Counted from the first letter of the stretch, positions 32,345 through 43,194 are shown. The stretch is DNA of 64,000 nucleotides from Gaiellaceae bacterium (GCA_035653435.1 DASRBY010000029.1:79979-143978), one strand, 5' to 3'. The notes: generated from the letters alone by a model not told the origin. Translations and numbers: made by a program.

Positions 32345-34270
32345 CTAGAAGCTCTGTGGATCGACGTCGACGACGGCGCTGAGGCCGGCGCGGCGCATCG
32401 CGGGCGCTGCCGCCGCGAGCAACGCTGCGGCGCGGGAGGCAAGGGCGCGCGGGCGGTCGGTCTTGCCGACGAGCTGGGCGCGGTTCCGGCCGCGCAGCCG
32501 CAGGAGCGGCGCGGGGCCCAGCAGCTCGAACTCCGGGAGCCCGGACTTGAGCTCCTCGAGCGCGCGGGTGGCATCGGAGAGCTCCGGGCCGGAGACGAGG
32601 ACGCGCACGAGGTGACGGAACGGCGGGTAGCCGAGCGCGTGCCGCCGCTCGAGCTCGCCTGCGAGGAAGCCGACGACGTCGTGGCGCGCCGCGTGCTGCA
32701 CGGCGCGCGACTCGGGCTGGAAGGTCTGCACGAGGACGCGCCCGGGAGCGTCGCGGCCGCTGCGTCCCGCCAGCTGGGTCAGGAGCTGGAACGTGCGTTC
32801 CTCGGCCCGGAAGTCGGGGAGGCCGAGTCCGGTGTCGGCGTCGACGACGGCCGCGAGCTCCACGCCGGCGAAGTGATGGCCCTTCGCGACCATCTGCGTG
32901 CCGACGAGGACGGCGCGCTCGGCCCGCGCGAACCGCTCGAGCGCCTCGCGCAGCTCGTCGGGCTTCGCCACCGCATCGGCGTCGAGGCGGATCCGCTCGA
33001 GCTCGGGAACGTGCTTCTCGAGCTCGCGCTCGAGCCGCTGCGTGCCGGCTCCGATCCGCGCAAGCTCGGGCGAGCCGCATGCGGGGCACGTGTCCCCCGC
33101 GGGCTCGCGGGCGCCGCAGTGGTGGCAGCGCAGCGTGCCGTCCCCGTGCAGCGTCAACGCGACGTCGCAGTTCGAGCAGCGTCGGGTGGCGCCGCAGGCG
33201 CGGCAGTGGAGCGCGGGGGCAACGCCGCGGCGGTTGAGGAGGAGGATTGCCTTGCCGCCTCCCTCCGCGAGCCGTCCCAGCTCGGCGAGGAGCGGCGCGG
33301 AGAGCGGATACCCGGTCTCCCGGCGGAGGTCGACGACGCGGACCGTCGGCAGGGGAGCCGCGATCCGGCCGCCGAGCTCGAGCCGCTCGAGCGTGTGCCA
33401 CGACTCCGGTCGCGGCGTGGCCGAGCCGAAGATCGCGACCGCGCCCTCGAGGGCGGCGCGCTTCGCCGCGACGGTGCGGGCGTCGTAGCGGGGGTCCGAT
33501 TCCTGCTTGTACGAGCTGTCGTGCTCCTCGTCGACGCAGATCACGCCGAGTGACGGCAGGGGCGCGAACACGGCCGAGCGCGCGCCGACCACGACCGAGG
33601 CCTCGCCGGTGACGATCCGTTCTCGCTCGTCCCGCCGCTCGGCCTCCGAGAGGCCGGAGTGGAGCAGCGCGACGCGATCGCCGAAGCGGGCGCGGAACCG
33701 GCCGAGCGTCTGGGGCGTCAGCGCGATCTCCGGCACGAGGACGATCGCGCCGCGGCCCGAGGCGACGACCGCTTCGCAGGCGCGGATGTACACCTCGGTC
33801 TTGCCGCTGCCCGTCGCACCGGCGAGCAGGACGTTGCCGCCGCCGCTGGCCAGCAGGCGCTCGATCTGCCCGAGTGCAAGTTGCTGGGAGTCGGAGAGCC
33901 GCGCAGGCGCCGGCTCGGCGGGAAGCGCTGCAGCCTCGGTCACGGCGCGCCGCTCGCCGCGCCGCGCGGGCTGGTAGGGCGCGACGAGGGCGAGCGCGCG
34001 GGCAGGCGTCGAGCCGTAGTAGTCGGCGAGCCACAGGGCGAGGTCGACGAGCGCGGGCGGGAGCCTCTCGAGCACCCGGTCGGCGGCAACCGGCTCCACG
34101 TCCGGCGGCGCCTCTGCGTCGGCGTCGACCACGACCCCGCGACGCTTGGCGTTGCCGAAGCGGATCGCGAGGACGGCTCCCTTCCCGACCTCGTCCTCGA
34201 TCTCGTACGTGAACGGCCGCGCGAGCGAGCGGGCGCTGACGATCGGATAGACCGAGGCGAGGCGAGACAC
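32345..34270 (-). CDS. priA: primosomal protein N' (PriA helicase)
   Basis: It has Walker A (AGATGSGKTEVY), DEEHDSSYKQ and the Cys-rich insertion CRACG...CSNCD...CHHCG...CPACGS. The chosen start is the GTG at 34270. The track ORF extension to 35299 overlaps the real ZIP gene in another frame. Confidence 0.9.
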   Translation of the reverse strand: MSRLASVYPIVSARSLARPFTYEIEDEVGKGAVLAIRFGNAKRRGVVVDADAEAPPDVEPVAADRVLERLPPALVDLALWLADYYGSTPARALALVAPYQPARRGERRAVTEAAALPAEPAPARLSDSQQLALGQIERLLASGGGNVLLAGATGSGKTEVYIRACEAVVASGRGAIVLVPEIALTPQTLGRFRARFGDRVALLHSGLSEAERRDERERIVTGEASVVVGARSAVFAPLPSLGVICVDEEHDSSYKQESDPRYDARTVAAKRAALEGAVAIFGSATPRPESWHTLERLELGGRIAAPLPTVRVVDLRRETGYPLSAPLLAELGRLAEGGGKAILLLNRRGVAPALHCRACGATRRCSNCDVALTLHGDGTLRCHHCGAREPAGDTCPACGSPELARIGAGTQRLERELEKHVPELERIRLDADAVAKPDELREALERFARAERAVLVGTQMVAKGHHFAGVELAAVVDADTGLGLPDFRAEERTFQLLTQLAGRSGRDAPGRVLVQTFQPESRAVQHAARHDVVGFLAGELERRHALGYPPFRHLVRVLVSGPELSDATRALEELKSGLPEFELLGPAPLLRLRGRNRAQLVGKTDRPRALASRAAALLAAAAPAMRRAGLSAVVDVDPQSF

Positions 34271-34308
34271 GGGCAGCGAGCGTAGCCGCGACCCTGGTCG
34301 GAGCTCGG

Positions 34309-35151
34309 CTAGACGCCGGCGGCGGTGACGACGAAGTCGGTCGCGAAGCCGAGCAGGACGCCCGCGACGACTACCCAGGTGACGAGAGCGGTGCGCCCGT
34401 AGCTGCGATTGACCGCCATCAGCTCCTGCACGACGTAGAGGATCGAGCCGGCGGCGACGGCGAAGAAGACGACCGACATCGCCTCGCTCGACCACGCCTG
34501 CCCTAGCACGGTGCCGAGGAAGGTGGGCCCGCCGCCGATGAGGCCCATGGCGCCGAGGAATGCCCAGCTCGGGCGGCTTCCCTCGCCGGCCAGCGGCCCG
34601 CAGATACCGAAGCCCTCGGTCGCGTTGTGCAGCCCGAAGCCGACGATCAGCGTCACGGCGAGGCTGATCGAGCCGGCTGCGGCCGCCTGGCCGATGGCCA
34701 GGCCCTCGCCGAAGTTGTGGACTCCGATCCCGACCGCGATCAGGAGAGCGAGCTGCTTTCCCGGCGTGAGCTCGTCGATCCAGCGGCGGTGCGTGAACTC
34801 GTCGACCGCGGCGGCCCCGGGGCCGACCATCGCCGTCACCCGCCGGCTCGCGCGCCTGCGCATCCAGACGGCGTAGTGGACGAGGCCCATCAGGCCGAGG
34901 GCGAACCCTCCGGCGCCGAGAGCCGAGAGCCACGCGAACCGACCCCAGTGCCGAGCCTGCAGCGCCGAGTCGATGGGGCCGACCGCGCCCGTGAGGACGT
35001 CCCAGAACAGGAAGAGGAGGATCCCGGTCGCGAGCGCGGAGAGGCAGGCCCGGACGATCGGCGGAAACGTGTTCACGCGCGCGATGGGCAGGCCGAGAAA
35101 GATCGTGGCGCCCGCGATCGCTCCGAGCAGAAGGATGTGTCCCGTCGACAT
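34309..35151 (-). CDS. ZIP family metal transporter (ZupT-like)
   Basis: It has 8 TM helices and the conserved HNFGEGLAIG and HNATEGFGI motifs. Confidence 0.88.
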   Translation of the reverse strand: MSTGHILLLGAIAGATIFLGLPIARVNTFPPIVRACLSALATGILLFLFWDVLTGAVGPIDSALQARHWGRFAWLSALGAGGFALGLMGLVHYAVWMRRRASRRVTAMVGPGAAAVDEFTHRRWIDELTPGKQLALLIAVGIGVHNFGEGLAIGQAAAAGSISLAVTLIVGFGLHNATEGFGICGPLAGEGSRPSWAFLGAMGLIGGGPTFLGTVLGQAWSSEAMSVVFFAVAAGSILYVVQELMAVNRSYGRTALVTWVVVAGVLLGFATDFVVTAAGV

Positions 35152-35171
35152 GACCAGTATTCGCCTGCCCC

Positions 35172-35189
35172 TGTAAGGGTGCCCTTACA
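35172..35189. promoter_or_regulatory. candidate DtxR/MntR-type operator: TGTAAGGG-TG-CCCTTACA palindrome in the divergent ZIP/DtxR intergenic region
   Basis: Perfect 8-bp inverted arms are separated by 2 nt. The site lies 21 nt upstream of the ZIP start and 27 nt upstream of the regulator start. Confidence 0.45.
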
Positions 35190-35215
35190 CGCAGGCGCGA
35201 GGGCAATATAGCGGC

Positions 35216-35905
35216 GTGCCTGCCGCCGGCCACTCGGTAGACGAGTACCTCGAGACCATCTATTTCCTTGCCTTTCCGATCGGGGAGTACACGCCGCACC
35301 GGCCGGGATCCCCACCGCTCGCCTCACGGGTCGCCGAGATGCTCCACGTCTCGCGTGCCTCGGCGGGAGAGATGCTGAAGCGGCTCGAGGCCGAAGGGCT
35401 GATCGAGCGCGGCAAGAAGAAGGAGGCGCTCCTCACCGACCGCGGCCGAGAGCGCGCCGAGCGCGTGGTGCGCAAGCACCGGATCATCGAGCGTCTCCTC
35501 ACCGACTTCATGGGCTACACGGGCTACGAGTCGCACGAGCGCGCCGACGAGCTCGGGGACACGTTCAGCGACGAGATGATCGAGCGGATCGACGACAAGC
35601 TCGGCCATCCGCAGCGCTGCCCGCACGGCTGGCCGGTCGACCCCGCGGTCGAGCAGGCCGAGAACGCCGAGCTGGCGCCGTTGGCGACTCTGCCGGCGGG
35701 GACGCGCGCGACGATCGTCCGCCTCGCCGAGCACGACGGCGACCTCCTGCACTGGTTCTACGACCAGGGCCTCGTGCCGGGCACGAGCATCCTCCTGCGC
35801 GCCGCCGAGCCGGCGGCGGACGAGTTCACCGTCGCGATCGAGAAGGTCGGCGAGCGGGCGATCTCCGAGAAGGCCGCCGCCGGCCTCTTCGTCAGACCGT
35901 CGTAG
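35216..35905 (+). CDS. DtxR/IdeR/MntR family metal-dependent transcriptional regulator with C-terminal FeoA/SH3-like domain
   Basis: It has an N-terminal wHTH ([21 protein letters not shown]), a dimerisation and metal-site region (HRIIERLL...HE.ADELGD...CPHG) and a C-terminal FeoA-like region ([17 protein letters not shown]...GL.PG). Confidence 0.9.
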   Translation: MPAAGHSVDEYLETIYFLAFPIGEYTPHRPGSPPLASRVAEMLHVSRASAGEMLKRLEAEGLIERGKKKEALLTDRGRERAERVVRKHRIIERLLTDFMGYTGYESHERADELGDTFSDEMIERIDDKLGHPQRCPHGWPVDPAVEQAENAELAPLATLPAGTRATIVRLAEHDGDLLHWFYDQGLVPGTSILLRAAEPAADEFTVAIEKVGERAISEKAAAGLFVRPS

Positions 35906-37136
35906 GTTCGGCCAGCCCTGCAGCGGTCCGCAGCGCGTCGGCCCTGTCGGTCCGCTCCCACGTGAAGTCGCCGTCCTCGCGGCCGAAATGCCCGTAGGCG
36001 GCCGTCTTCGCGTAGATCGGCCGCCGCAAGTCGAGATCGCGGAGGATCGCCGCCGGACGCAGGTCGAAGTGCTCGCGGACGAGCTCCTCGATGCGCGGCA
36101 CAGGGATCGCCTCGGTGCCGAACGTCTCGACGAGGACCGAGAGCGGATGGGCGACGCCGATCGCATAGGCGACCTGGATCTGACAGCGCTCCGCGAGCCC
36201 GGCGGCGACGACGTTCTTCGCGACCCAGCGCGCCGCGTAGGCGGCCGAGCGGTCGACCTTCGTCGGATCCTTCCCCGAGAATGCGCCGCCGCCGTGCGGG
36301 GCGGCGCCGCCGTACGTGTCGACGATGATCTTGCGCCCCGTCAGCCCCGAGTCGCCCATGGGCCCGCCGATCACGAACTTCCCCGTGGGGTTGCAGTAGA
36401 TGAAGTCCCGGTCGTGGTCGAGGCGGCGCTGCTCGTACAGGTCCTTCGGCAGGATCGGCTCGATCACATGCTCGATCAGGTCGGGCTTGAGCAGGGTGTC
36501 GACGTCGAGGCCGTCGCGGTGCTGGGTGGAGACGACGACGCGCTCGATCTCGGCCGGCCGCTGGTGGCCGTGCTCGTCGCTCTCGTACCGGACGGTGACC
36601 TGCGTCTTGCCGTCGGGGCGCAGGTATGGGAGCACGTCGGCCTTCCGCACCTCGGCGAGCCGGCGCGCGAGCCGGTGCGCGAGCATGATCGGGATCGGCA
36701 TCAGCTCGTCCGTCTCGTTCGACGCGTAGCCGAACATCATCCCCTGGTCGCCGGCCCCGAGCTTGTCCAGCGGGTCGCTGTCGCCGTGCTGGTTCTCGTA
36801 GGAGTGCAAGACGCCCCGCGCGATGTCGGGCGACTGCTCGTCGATTGCGACGAGGACGCCGCATGTCTCGGCGTCGAAACCGAACTTCGCGCGCGTGTAG
36901 CCGATCTCGCGGATGCGGTCGCGGACGAGCCGCGGGATGTCGACGTAGCACTCGGTCGTGATCTCGCCGGCGACGACGACGAGCCCGGTCGTGATCAGCG
37001 TCTCGCAGGCGACGCGCCCCTCGGGATCGTTGGCGAGGACGGCGTCGAGCACGGTGTCGGAGATCTGGTCGGCCATCTTGTCCGGATGGCCTTCGGTCAC
37101 AGACTCGGAGGTGAAGGAGAACGAGCGGCTTTGCAT
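35892..37136 (-). CDS. metK: S-adenosylmethionine synthase
   Basis: Motifs [32 protein letters not shown] and [16 protein letters not shown] are present. The chosen start is the ATG at 37136. An alternative GTG at 37169 would overlap the gpsA stop (GTGA). Confidence 0.93.
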   Translation of the reverse strand: MQSRSFSFTSESVTEGHPDKMADQISDTVLDAVLANDPEGRVACETLITTGLVVVAGEITTECYVDIPRLVRDRIREIGYTRAKFGFDAETCGVLVAIDEQSPDIARGVLHSYENQHGDSDPLDKLGAGDQGMMFGYASNETDELMPIPIMLAHRLARRLAEVRKADVLPYLRPDGKTQVTVRYESDEHGHQRPAEIERVVVSTQHRDGLDVDTLLKPDLIEHVIEPILPKDLYEQRRLDHDRDFIYCNPTGKFVIGGPMGDSGLTGRKIIVDTYGGAAPHGGGAFSGKDPTKVDRSAAYAARWVAKNVVAAGLAERCQIQVAYAIGVAHPLSVLVETFGTEAIPVPRIEELVREHFDLRPAAILRDLDLRRPIYAKTAAYGHFGREDGDFTWERTDRADALRTAAGLAEPTTV

Positions 37137-37165
37137 AGGCGCCAGGCTAGCGAACGGCTCCGGCG

Positions 37166-38119
37166 TCACTCCTCGGTGGGTGCTCGGCCCATGAGCCCCG
37201 CTGCGAGGTCCGTGATGCTCTGGCCGGAGAGGACGGCGCAGACTCCCTCCGTGATGGGCAGCTCGACGCCCAGCCGGTGCGAGAGGTCGCGGAGGATCGG
37301 GGCGGTCGTGAGGCCCTCCACGGTCTGACCGATCTCGGCCACGGCCCGCTCCGGCGTCAGCCCCTGGGCGATGAGCTCCCCCGCCTGGCGGTTGCGGCCG
37401 TGCCGGCTCCAGCAGGTCACGACGAGGTCTCCGATTCCGGCGAGGCCGGCGAACGTCTCCGCCCGGGCGCCCGCCGCCTCCCCGAGCCGCGCCATCTCCG
37501 CGAGGCCGCGCGCGATCAGGGACGCCTTCGCGTTGTCGCCGAGCCCGAGGCCGTCCACCCCGCCGGCCGCCAGCGCGATCACGTTCTTCGCCGCGGCGCA
37601 GAGCTCGACGCCCACGAGATCGGGGTTCACGTAGACCCGGAAGAGGCTCGAGTTGAGGGCTTGCTGCAGCTCGCCGGCCAGGGAGCCGTCCTCGCTCGCG
37701 ATCACCGCCGCGGTCGGCAGGCCCTCGGCGATCTCCTCCGCCATGTTCGGGCCTGAGAGCACCGCGACCGCGCGGCCTCGAACTCGCGTCGACAGGCGCT
37801 CGCCGGTCTCCGGGTCGAGCCCCTTCGCGAGGCTGAGCACCGGCGCATCGCCCGGGAGTGCCTCGATGACGTCACCGACCGCGCTGCTCGGTACGGCAGC
37901 GACGACGACGTCGACCTCACCGGGGGCGTCGGCGAGCGCGACCGCTTCGGCCGAGCTGAGGTCGACACTCTGGAGGTAGCGCGGGTTCCAGCCCATGCTC
38001 GCGATCGCCTCGGCCTGCTCGCGCGAGCGGCAGGCGAGGACGACCTCGTGCCCGCGGTCGAGCAGCATGCGCGTGAACGCCGTCCCCCACGAGCCGGCCC
38101 CCGCCACCAAGAACCTCAC
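37166..38119 (-). CDS. gpsA: NAD(P)H-dependent glycerol-3-phosphate dehydrogenase
   Basis: Motifs [15 protein letters not shown] and AAKNVIA are present. The start is GTG. Confidence 0.92.
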   Translation of the reverse strand: MRFLVAGAGSWGTAFTRMLLDRGHEVVLACRSREQAEAIASMGWNPRYLQSVDLSSAEAVALADAPGEVDVVVAAVPSSAVGDVIEALPGDAPVLSLAKGLDPETGERLSTRVRGRAVAVLSGPNMAEEIAEGLPTAAVIASEDGSLAGELQQALNSSLFRVYVNPDLVGVELCAAAKNVIALAAGGVDGLGLGDNAKASLIARGLAEMARLGEAAGARAETFAGLAGIGDLVVTCWSRHGRNRQAGELIAQGLTPERAVAEIGQTVEGLTTAPILRDLSHRLGVELPITEGVCAVLSGQSITDLAAGLMGRAPTEE

Positions 38120-38120
38120 G

Positions 38121-39488
38121 TCACGATCGTTTCACGAAGTCGATCGAGACCGGCACGCCGTCGAGGCCGAAGCGCTCGCGCAGCCGGTTCTCGACCCAGT
38201 AGCCGTAGTCCCGCGTGACGAGCCCCGGGTCGTTGACGAACACGCGGAAGCGCGGCGGACGCACCCGGATCTGGGCGCCGTAAAGGAGGTTGAGCCTGCG
38301 GCCGCGCGGGCCGCTCGGCGGCTGTCGCGCCTCGCGCAGCTCCGCGAACGCGCGGTTCAGCTCGGCGGTCGGGATCCGCGCGGTGTGACGGTCGAAGAGC
38401 TCGGCTACGCCGTCGAGCAGCCGCTCGAGGCCGCGTCCGGTATGCGACGACACCGCGACGAATGGTGGCCGCTGCCGCAGCCGTCGGCGCAGCTGCCCGC
38501 GAACCTCCTCGACGTTGATCGTCGTCACGTCCCACTTCGAGAGGACGACGAGGGTCGAGCAATCGGCGTGGCGCGCGACGTCGGCGACCGCGATGTCCTG
38601 CTCCACGATGCCTTCGGAGGAATCGACGAGGACGAGCGCCACGTCGGCCCGCTCCGCAGCTTCGAGGGCGCGCAGCTCCGAGTAGAACTCGATCCCCTGC
38701 CGGTGCCGCCGCTTGCGCCGCAGGCCGGCGGTGTCGATCAGGACGAAGGTCCGCTCGCCGCGCTCGAGCACCGTGTCGACGGCGTCGCGCGTGGTGCCGG
38801 GGATCTCGCTCACGATCAGGCGCTCCCGGCCGAGAAGCGCGTTGACGAGGCTCGACTTCCCGACGTTCGGCCGCCCGAGGATCGCGACGCGGATCGCGTC
38901 GTCCGGCAGGGAGGGGCGTCCAGCCGGCGCGAGGCGCTCGAGCTCGTCGATGACGCGGTCGAGCAGGTCGCCGCTGCCGGTGCCGTGCAGGCCGGAGACC
39001 GGGATCGGATCGCCGAGGCCCAGCCGGTGCAGCTCGAGGGCGAGCGGCTCCTCGCTCGGATCGTCGATCTTGTTCGCCAGCACCAGCACGGGCTTGTGCG
39101 CCTCGCGCAGGATCTGGGCGACCTCCTCGTCGCCCGGCGTCACGCCGGCGCGCGCGTCGACGACGAAGAGCACGAGATCGGCCTCCCCCATCGCCTCGCG
39201 AGCCTGCTGAGCGATCGCCCGCGTCAGCGGCGCCCGATCGGCGAGGTCGACACCGCCGGTGTCGACGAGGACGAAGCGCTTGCCCGTCCACTCGCACACG
39301 AGCTCCTTCCGGTCGCGCGTGACGCCCGGGCTCTCGTGCACCACCGCGGCGCGCGTCTCGGTGAGCCGGTTGACGAGCGTCGACTTGCCCACGTTCGGGA
39401 AGCCGATGATCGCCACCGCGCCGAGCAGCGGTGGAGGCGGGGGCGCGGGCAGCTCGCCCGCGTCGAGGTCCTGGATGTCCTCGGTCAC
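38121..39488 (-). CDS. der: ribosome biogenesis GTPase Der (EngA)
   Basis: It has two tandem GTPase domains ([17 protein letters not shown] and [17 protein letters not shown]) plus a KH-like C-terminus. The GTG start overlaps the plsC stop (GTGA). Confidence 0.93.
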   Translation of the reverse strand: MTEDIQDLDAGELPAPPPPPLLGAVAIIGFPNVGKSTLVNRLTETRAAVVHESPGVTRDRKELVCEWTGKRFVLVDTGGVDLADRAPLTRAIAQQAREAMGEADLVLFVVDARAGVTPGDEEVAQILREAHKPVLVLANKIDDPSEEPLALELHRLGLGDPIPVSGLHGTGSGDLLDRVIDELERLAPAGRPSLPDDAIRVAILGRPNVGKSSLVNALLGRERLIVSEIPGTTRDAVDTVLERGERTFVLIDTAGLRRKRRHRQGIEFYSELRALEAAERADVALVLVDSSEGIVEQDIAVADVARHADCSTLVVLSKWDVTTINVEEVRGQLRRRLRQRPPFVAVSSHTGRGLERLLDGVAELFDRHTARIPTAELNRAFAELREARQPPSGPRGRRLNLLYGAQIRVRPPRFRVFVNDPGLVTRDYGYWVENRLRERFGLDGVPVSIDFVKRS

Positions 39489-40168
39489 GCCGGAAGCGTG
39501 ACCGGTGCAGCGTCCTCACGCGTCGGCGGCGTCGCGACCCGCGGGCGTCCCGCCTCGTGCAGGTCGCGCAGCCACGCCCACAGCCGGTTCAGCTCGGCCT
39601 CGATCTGCCCCGACGCCTCGCGGTATCCCTTGGCGCCGCGCGGCAGGCCCTCGAAGCGCATCGGCTCCCCCCACGCGATCGAGACCGGCGCGAAGTTGCC
39701 GAGCCGCCAGTGCTGCGAGCCGTGGATGGCGGCGCAGATGACGGGCACGTTCTCCTGCAGCGCCACCATCGCCGCTCCAGGCTGCACGTGCCCTGGGACG
39801 CCGCTCCGCTGCCTCGTTCCCTCGACGTAGACGCCGAGGGCGTGCCCGTCGCGCACGACCTCACGCATCCTCCGCACCGCATCGCGGTCGGATTCGCCGC
39901 GCCGCACCGAGAGCGTGCCGAAGCCGCGGATGAGCTGCCCGAGCCCCGGCACCCCGTGCGCCTCGACCTTGGCGAGGAAGTAGAGATTGCGCTTGCAGAC
40001 GAAGCCGACGCAGGGGATGTCGATCCAGTGGAAGTGGTTCAGCGCGATGACGAGGCCGCCGCTGCGCGGGATCCGCTCCGTGCCGTACGAGCGGAGCCGC
40101 GTGACGACCGACGTCGGGAAACCCAGCATGGGCCGCCCGAACGCCCAGACGACGTCCTCGGACCTCAC
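39485..40168 (-). CDS. plsC: 1-acyl-sn-glycerol-3-phosphate acyltransferase family protein
   Basis: It has the HX4D motif (NHFHWIDI) and VEGTR. The GTG start overlaps the cmk stop (GTGA). Confidence 0.85.
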   Translation of the reverse strand: MRSEDVVWAFGRPMLGFPTSVVTRLRSYGTERIPRSGGLVIALNHFHWIDIPCVGFVCKRNLYFLAKVEAHGVPGLGQLIRGFGTLSVRRGESDRDAVRRMREVVRDGHALGVYVEGTRQRSGVPGHVQPGAAMVALQENVPVICAAIHGSQHWRLGNFAPVSIAWGEPMRFEGLPRGAKGYREASGQIEAELNRLWAWLRDLHEAGRPRVATPPTREDAAPVTLPA

Positions 40169-40797
40169 GCGGGGGAACGCTCGCGCACGAGCGCCTCGAT
40201 CCGGTCGACGACGTCCTCGACCTCGAGACTTGTCGTGTCGATCTCGATCGCGTCGGGGGCCGGCTGCATCCTGGCGGCGTCGCTCTCGTCGCGGAGGCGC
40301 ATGTCGGTCGCGAGGGCGTCGGCGCCGATCCCGGGGCGCTCCACGCTCCTGCGCCGCGCTCGCTCGTCGCGGTCGGCGACGAGGAAGACCTTCACCTCGG
40401 CGTCCGGGACGACGACGGTGCCGATGTCGCGTCCCTCGACCACGACGTCACCGTCGCGCCCGAGCTGTCGCTGCCGCTCGCGCATGACCTCACGGACGGC
40501 GGGATGTCGGGCGACGACGGGCACCATCCGGTCGACGCGGGTCTCGCGGATCGACGAGGTGACGTCGGTGCCCGAGATCCACACGCGGTCGTCCTCGGAG
40601 AAGAGCACGGGATGCTCGCGCGCGAGCTGCGCGAGCGCGTCGGCGTTGCCCAGATCGAGCCCTCGCTTCATCGCGAGCCACGTGAGCGCGCGGTACATCG
40701 CGCCCGTGTCGAGGTAGCGGAACCCGAGGCGCTCCGCGAGCGCACGCGCCACCGTGCTCTTCCCCGCGCCCGCAGGCCCGTCGATCGCCACAATCAC
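40165..40797 (-). CDS. cmk: cytidylate kinase
   Basis: It has the IAIDGPAGAGKST P-loop, LDTGAMYR and GRDIGTVV. The start is GTG. Confidence 0.92.
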   Translation of the reverse strand: MIVAIDGPAGAGKSTVARALAERLGFRYLDTGAMYRALTWLAMKRGLDLGNADALAQLAREHPVLFSEDDRVWISGTDVTSSIRETRVDRMVPVVARHPAVREVMRERQRQLGRDGDVVVEGRDIGTVVVPDAEVKVFLVADRDERARRRSVERPGIGADALATDMRLRDESDAARMQPAPDAIEIDTTSLEVEDVVDRIEALVRERSPA

Positions 40798-40851
40798 TTT
40801 CGGGGCCCCCGGAACATGCGAAGCATTTTTTGGGTCTGGGTCAAAGCTGCT

Positions 40852-42129
40852 TCACCGCCTCGTCACCGACTCCAGGAGCTCGTAGAAGCCGGGGAAGCTT
40901 ATAGCTGCCGTGTCGGCGCCCTCGATCGCCACACCCTCCATGGAGGCGAGACCGGCGACGGCGGCGAGCATTGCGATCCGGTGGTCGCCGCGGGCGTCGA
41001 CACGGCCGCCGCGGAGCCGCGCGGGGACTCCCGTGACAGTCCAGCCGTCGGAGCGTGAGCGGATCCGGGCGCCGAGCGGGCGCAGGCCGTCGGTGACCGC
41101 TTCGATGCGGTCGCTCTCCTTCACGCGCAGCTCGCCGGCGCCCGAGACCCGCGTCTCGCCCCGAGCGTGGGAGGCGAGGAGCGCGACGAGCGGCAGCTCG
41201 TCGACGAGGCCAGGCACCTCGTCCGCGCCGATCTCGGTTGCGATGAGCTCTCCGGGTTGCACCTGCACCGAGGCGACCGGCTCGCCGCCTGCGCGCCGGC
41301 GGTCGAAGACGGCGACACGGGCTCCCATCCGCTCGAACACGTCGAGCAGGCCGGTGCGGCGCGGGTTGACCCCGAGATCGTGGATCGTGAGGTCGCTGCC
41401 GGGAACGAGGGCGGCCGCGGCGAGGAGCGGCGCGGCGGAGGAGAAGTCGCCGGGGACGATCGCTTCCCCGAGCCGCAGAGCGGCGGCCGGCTCGACGGTG
41501 ACGGACGTCGAGCTGCGCCGTAGGCGAACGCCGGCCGCACCGAGCATGAGCTCGGTGTGGTCGCGGGTCGGGATGCGCTCGATGACGGTTGTCGGCCCGT
41601 CCGCGTTGAGACCTGCGAGCAGGATCGCGGACTTCACCTGCGCGCTCGCCACCTCCGGCTCGATCTCGATGCCGCGCAGAGCGCCCCAGCCGCGGACGAC
41701 GAGAGGCGCGTGGCCGTCGGTCGTCTGGACCTCGGCGCCCATCCGCCGCAGCGGGCCGGCGACCCGCTCCATCGGCCGCGGGGTGAGCGACTCGTCGCCG
41801 GTGAGCGTGAACTCGCCGTCCTGCCCCGCGAGCACGCCGGTCAGGAGACGCATGAGCGTCCCCGCGTTGCGGCAATCGACGGTCCCCGGCCGGAGCCCGC
41901 GCAGCCCCACTCCGTGCACGACGAGCTCGTCGTGGGCGACGTCTTCGACCTCGGCGCCGAGGGTGCGGACCGCGTCCACCGTCGCCTGCGTGTCGCCTGA
42001 GCGACCGAAGCCGCGCACCCGGGTCTCCCCTTCGCCGAGCGAGCCGATCAGGACTGCGCGGTGCGAAATGGACTTGTCCCCGGGCACGACGAGGTGCCCG
42101 ACGAGCGCGACCGCAGGCTCGATCCTCAA
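40852..42129 (-). CDS. aroA: 3-phosphoshikimate 1-carboxyvinyltransferase (EPSP synthase)
   Basis: Motifs PGDKSISHR, NAGT and LRVKESDR are present. The chosen start is the TTG at 42129, which overlaps the DAHP synthase stop (TTGA) and gives about 425 aa. The track start at 42222 lies inside the upstream gene. Confidence 0.9.
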   Translation of the reverse strand: MRIEPAVALVGHLVVPGDKSISHRAVLIGSLGEGETRVRGFGRSGDTQATVDAVRTLGAEVEDVAHDELVVHGVGLRGLRPGTVDCRNAGTLMRLLTGVLAGQDGEFTLTGDESLTPRPMERVAGPLRRMGAEVQTTDGHAPLVVRGWGALRGIEIEPEVASAQVKSAILLAGLNADGPTTVIERIPTRDHTELMLGAAGVRLRRSSTSVTVEPAAALRLGEAIVPGDFSSAAPLLAAAALVPGSDLTIHDLGVNPRRTGLLDVFERMGARVAVFDRRRAGGEPVASVQVQPGELIATEIGADEVPGLVDELPLVALLASHARGETRVSGAGELRVKESDRIEAVTDGLRPLGARIRSRSDGWTVTGVPARLRGGRVDARGDHRIAMLAAVAGLASMEGVAIEGADTAAISFPGFYELLESVTRR

Positions 42130-43166
42130 CCGATCGTGCGGCCCATGAGGGACGCGAGCGCGCGAATCTCGTCGGAGAAGTCCCGGAAGTCGGAGGTCGG
42201 GATCTGCTGCGCCGCGTCGCACAGCGCCTCCTCCGGCCGCGGATGCACCTCGACGATGATCCCGTCTGCCCCTGCAGCTACCGCCGCCCGCGCGAGCGGC
42301 AGCACGAGGTCACGGCGGCCGGCCGGATGCGACGGATCGACGATCACCGGCAGATGCGTCTCCTGCTTGAGCACCGGAATCGCGCCGATGTCGAGCGTGA
42401 ACCGCGTCGCGGTCTCGAACGTCTTGATGCCACGCTCGCAGAGGATGACCTCGGAGTTCCCCTCCTTGACGATGTACTCGGCGGCCATCAGCAGGTCCTC
42501 GACCGTCGACGAGAGGCCGCGCTTGAGCAGGACGGGCTTCGGGGCGCGGCCGACCTCGGAGAGGAGCGAGAAGTTCGACATGTTGCGGGCACCGATCTGG
42601 ATCACGTCCGCCGCCTCGACGACGGCCTCGACGTGGCGCGGGTCCATGAGCTCGGTCACGAGGGGCAGCCCCGTCTCGGTGCGTGCCTCCTTCAGGATCT
42701 CGAGCGCCTCGTCACCGAGCCCCTGGAAGGCATACGGCGAGGTGCGCGGCTTGAACGCGCCGCCGCGCAGCATCGTCACGCCCTCGGCGGCGACGACCCG
42801 CGCGGTCTCGAGCGTCTGCTCCCGCGTCTCGACTGTGCAAGGCCCGGCGATGAAGCCGAAGTAGCCGTCGCCGATGCGGCGGCCGCGCGCCTCGATCACG
42901 GTCGGGTCGGGGGACAGCTCCCGCGACACGAGCTTGTACGGCTTGAGAATCGGCAGCACCTGCTCGACGCCGGCGAAGCCCTCGAGCGGCAGCGTGGCGA
43001 GGAGCTCCCGCTCGCCGATGGCGCCGATCACCGTCGCCTCGCGGCCGGGCGTGACGAGCGCCGAGCACCCGGCCTCGTCGAGCCGCGCGACGACCTCGTC
43101 CACCTGTTCCTGGGTGGCGCTGGCGCCCATCACGATCAAGAGCTCGGGTGCGCCCGTGACAGCCAT
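42126..43166 (-). CDS. 3-deoxy-7-phosphoheptulonate (DAHP) synthase, type I-beta with N-terminal ferredoxin-like regulatory domain
   Basis: The core reads GPCTVE, GGAFKPRTSPYAFQG, KRG and IVDPSH. The roughly 80-aa N-terminal extension is like the Thermotoga-type regulated enzymes. Confidence 0.9.
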   Translation of the reverse strand: MAVTGAPELLIVMGASATQEQVDEVVARLDEAGCSALVTPGREATVIGAIGERELLATLPLEGFAGVEQVLPILKPYKLVSRELSPDPTVIEARGRRIGDGYFGFIAGPCTVETREQTLETARVVAAEGVTMLRGGAFKPRTSPYAFQGLGDEALEILKEARTETGLPLVTELMDPRHVEAVVEAADVIQIGARNMSNFSLLSEVGRAPKPVLLKRGLSSTVEDLLMAAEYIVKEGNSEVILCERGIKTFETATRFTLDIGAIPVLKQETHLPVIVDPSHPAGRRDLVLPLARAAVAAGADGIIVEVHPRPEEALCDAAQQIPTSDFRDFSDEIRALASLMGRTIG

Positions 43167-43194
43167 TGAAGAAGCTTAGGCAGAATCACTGCCC

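Noticed and set aside
34271-35299. N-terminal extension of the priA track ORF (984 aa), plus similar long upstream extensions of the ftsY, aminopeptidase, yceD, coaD, DAK2, ribBA, ribE, rpe, rsmB, fmt, GFA, scpA, SDR, GT-C, UPF0104, GT2 and aroA ORFs
   Set aside because: The extensions run through neighbouring genes that have strong family signatures in another frame, and they translate to Arg-rich low-complexity sequence. In each case an internal start sits at or next to the upstream gene's stop and gives a product of canonical length.
37137-37169. metK start at the GTG at 37169, overlapping the gpsA stop (GTGA)
   Set aside because: I did not choose it as the primary start because the ATG at 37136 gives the usual short N-terminus before [13 protein letters not shown]. 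It remains a plausible alternative, given how common GTGA coupling is in this window.
40816-40831. ATGC-GAA-GCAT stem followed by T6 in the unusually AT-rich aroA-cmk gap, which looks like an intrinsic terminator
   Set aside because: The T-tract follows the stem only on the plus strand, where no gene ends. On the coding (minus) strand it is an A-tract preceding a 4-bp stem, which is too weak. It might contribute to an internal cmk promoter (TTGACC...), but the -10 match is poor.
43167-43194. T-box or attenuator leader upstream of trpS; SAM riboswitch upstream of metK (37137-37165)
   Set aside because: The intergenic spaces are only about 28-29 nt, which is far too short for a T-box (~200 nt) or a SAM riboswitch.
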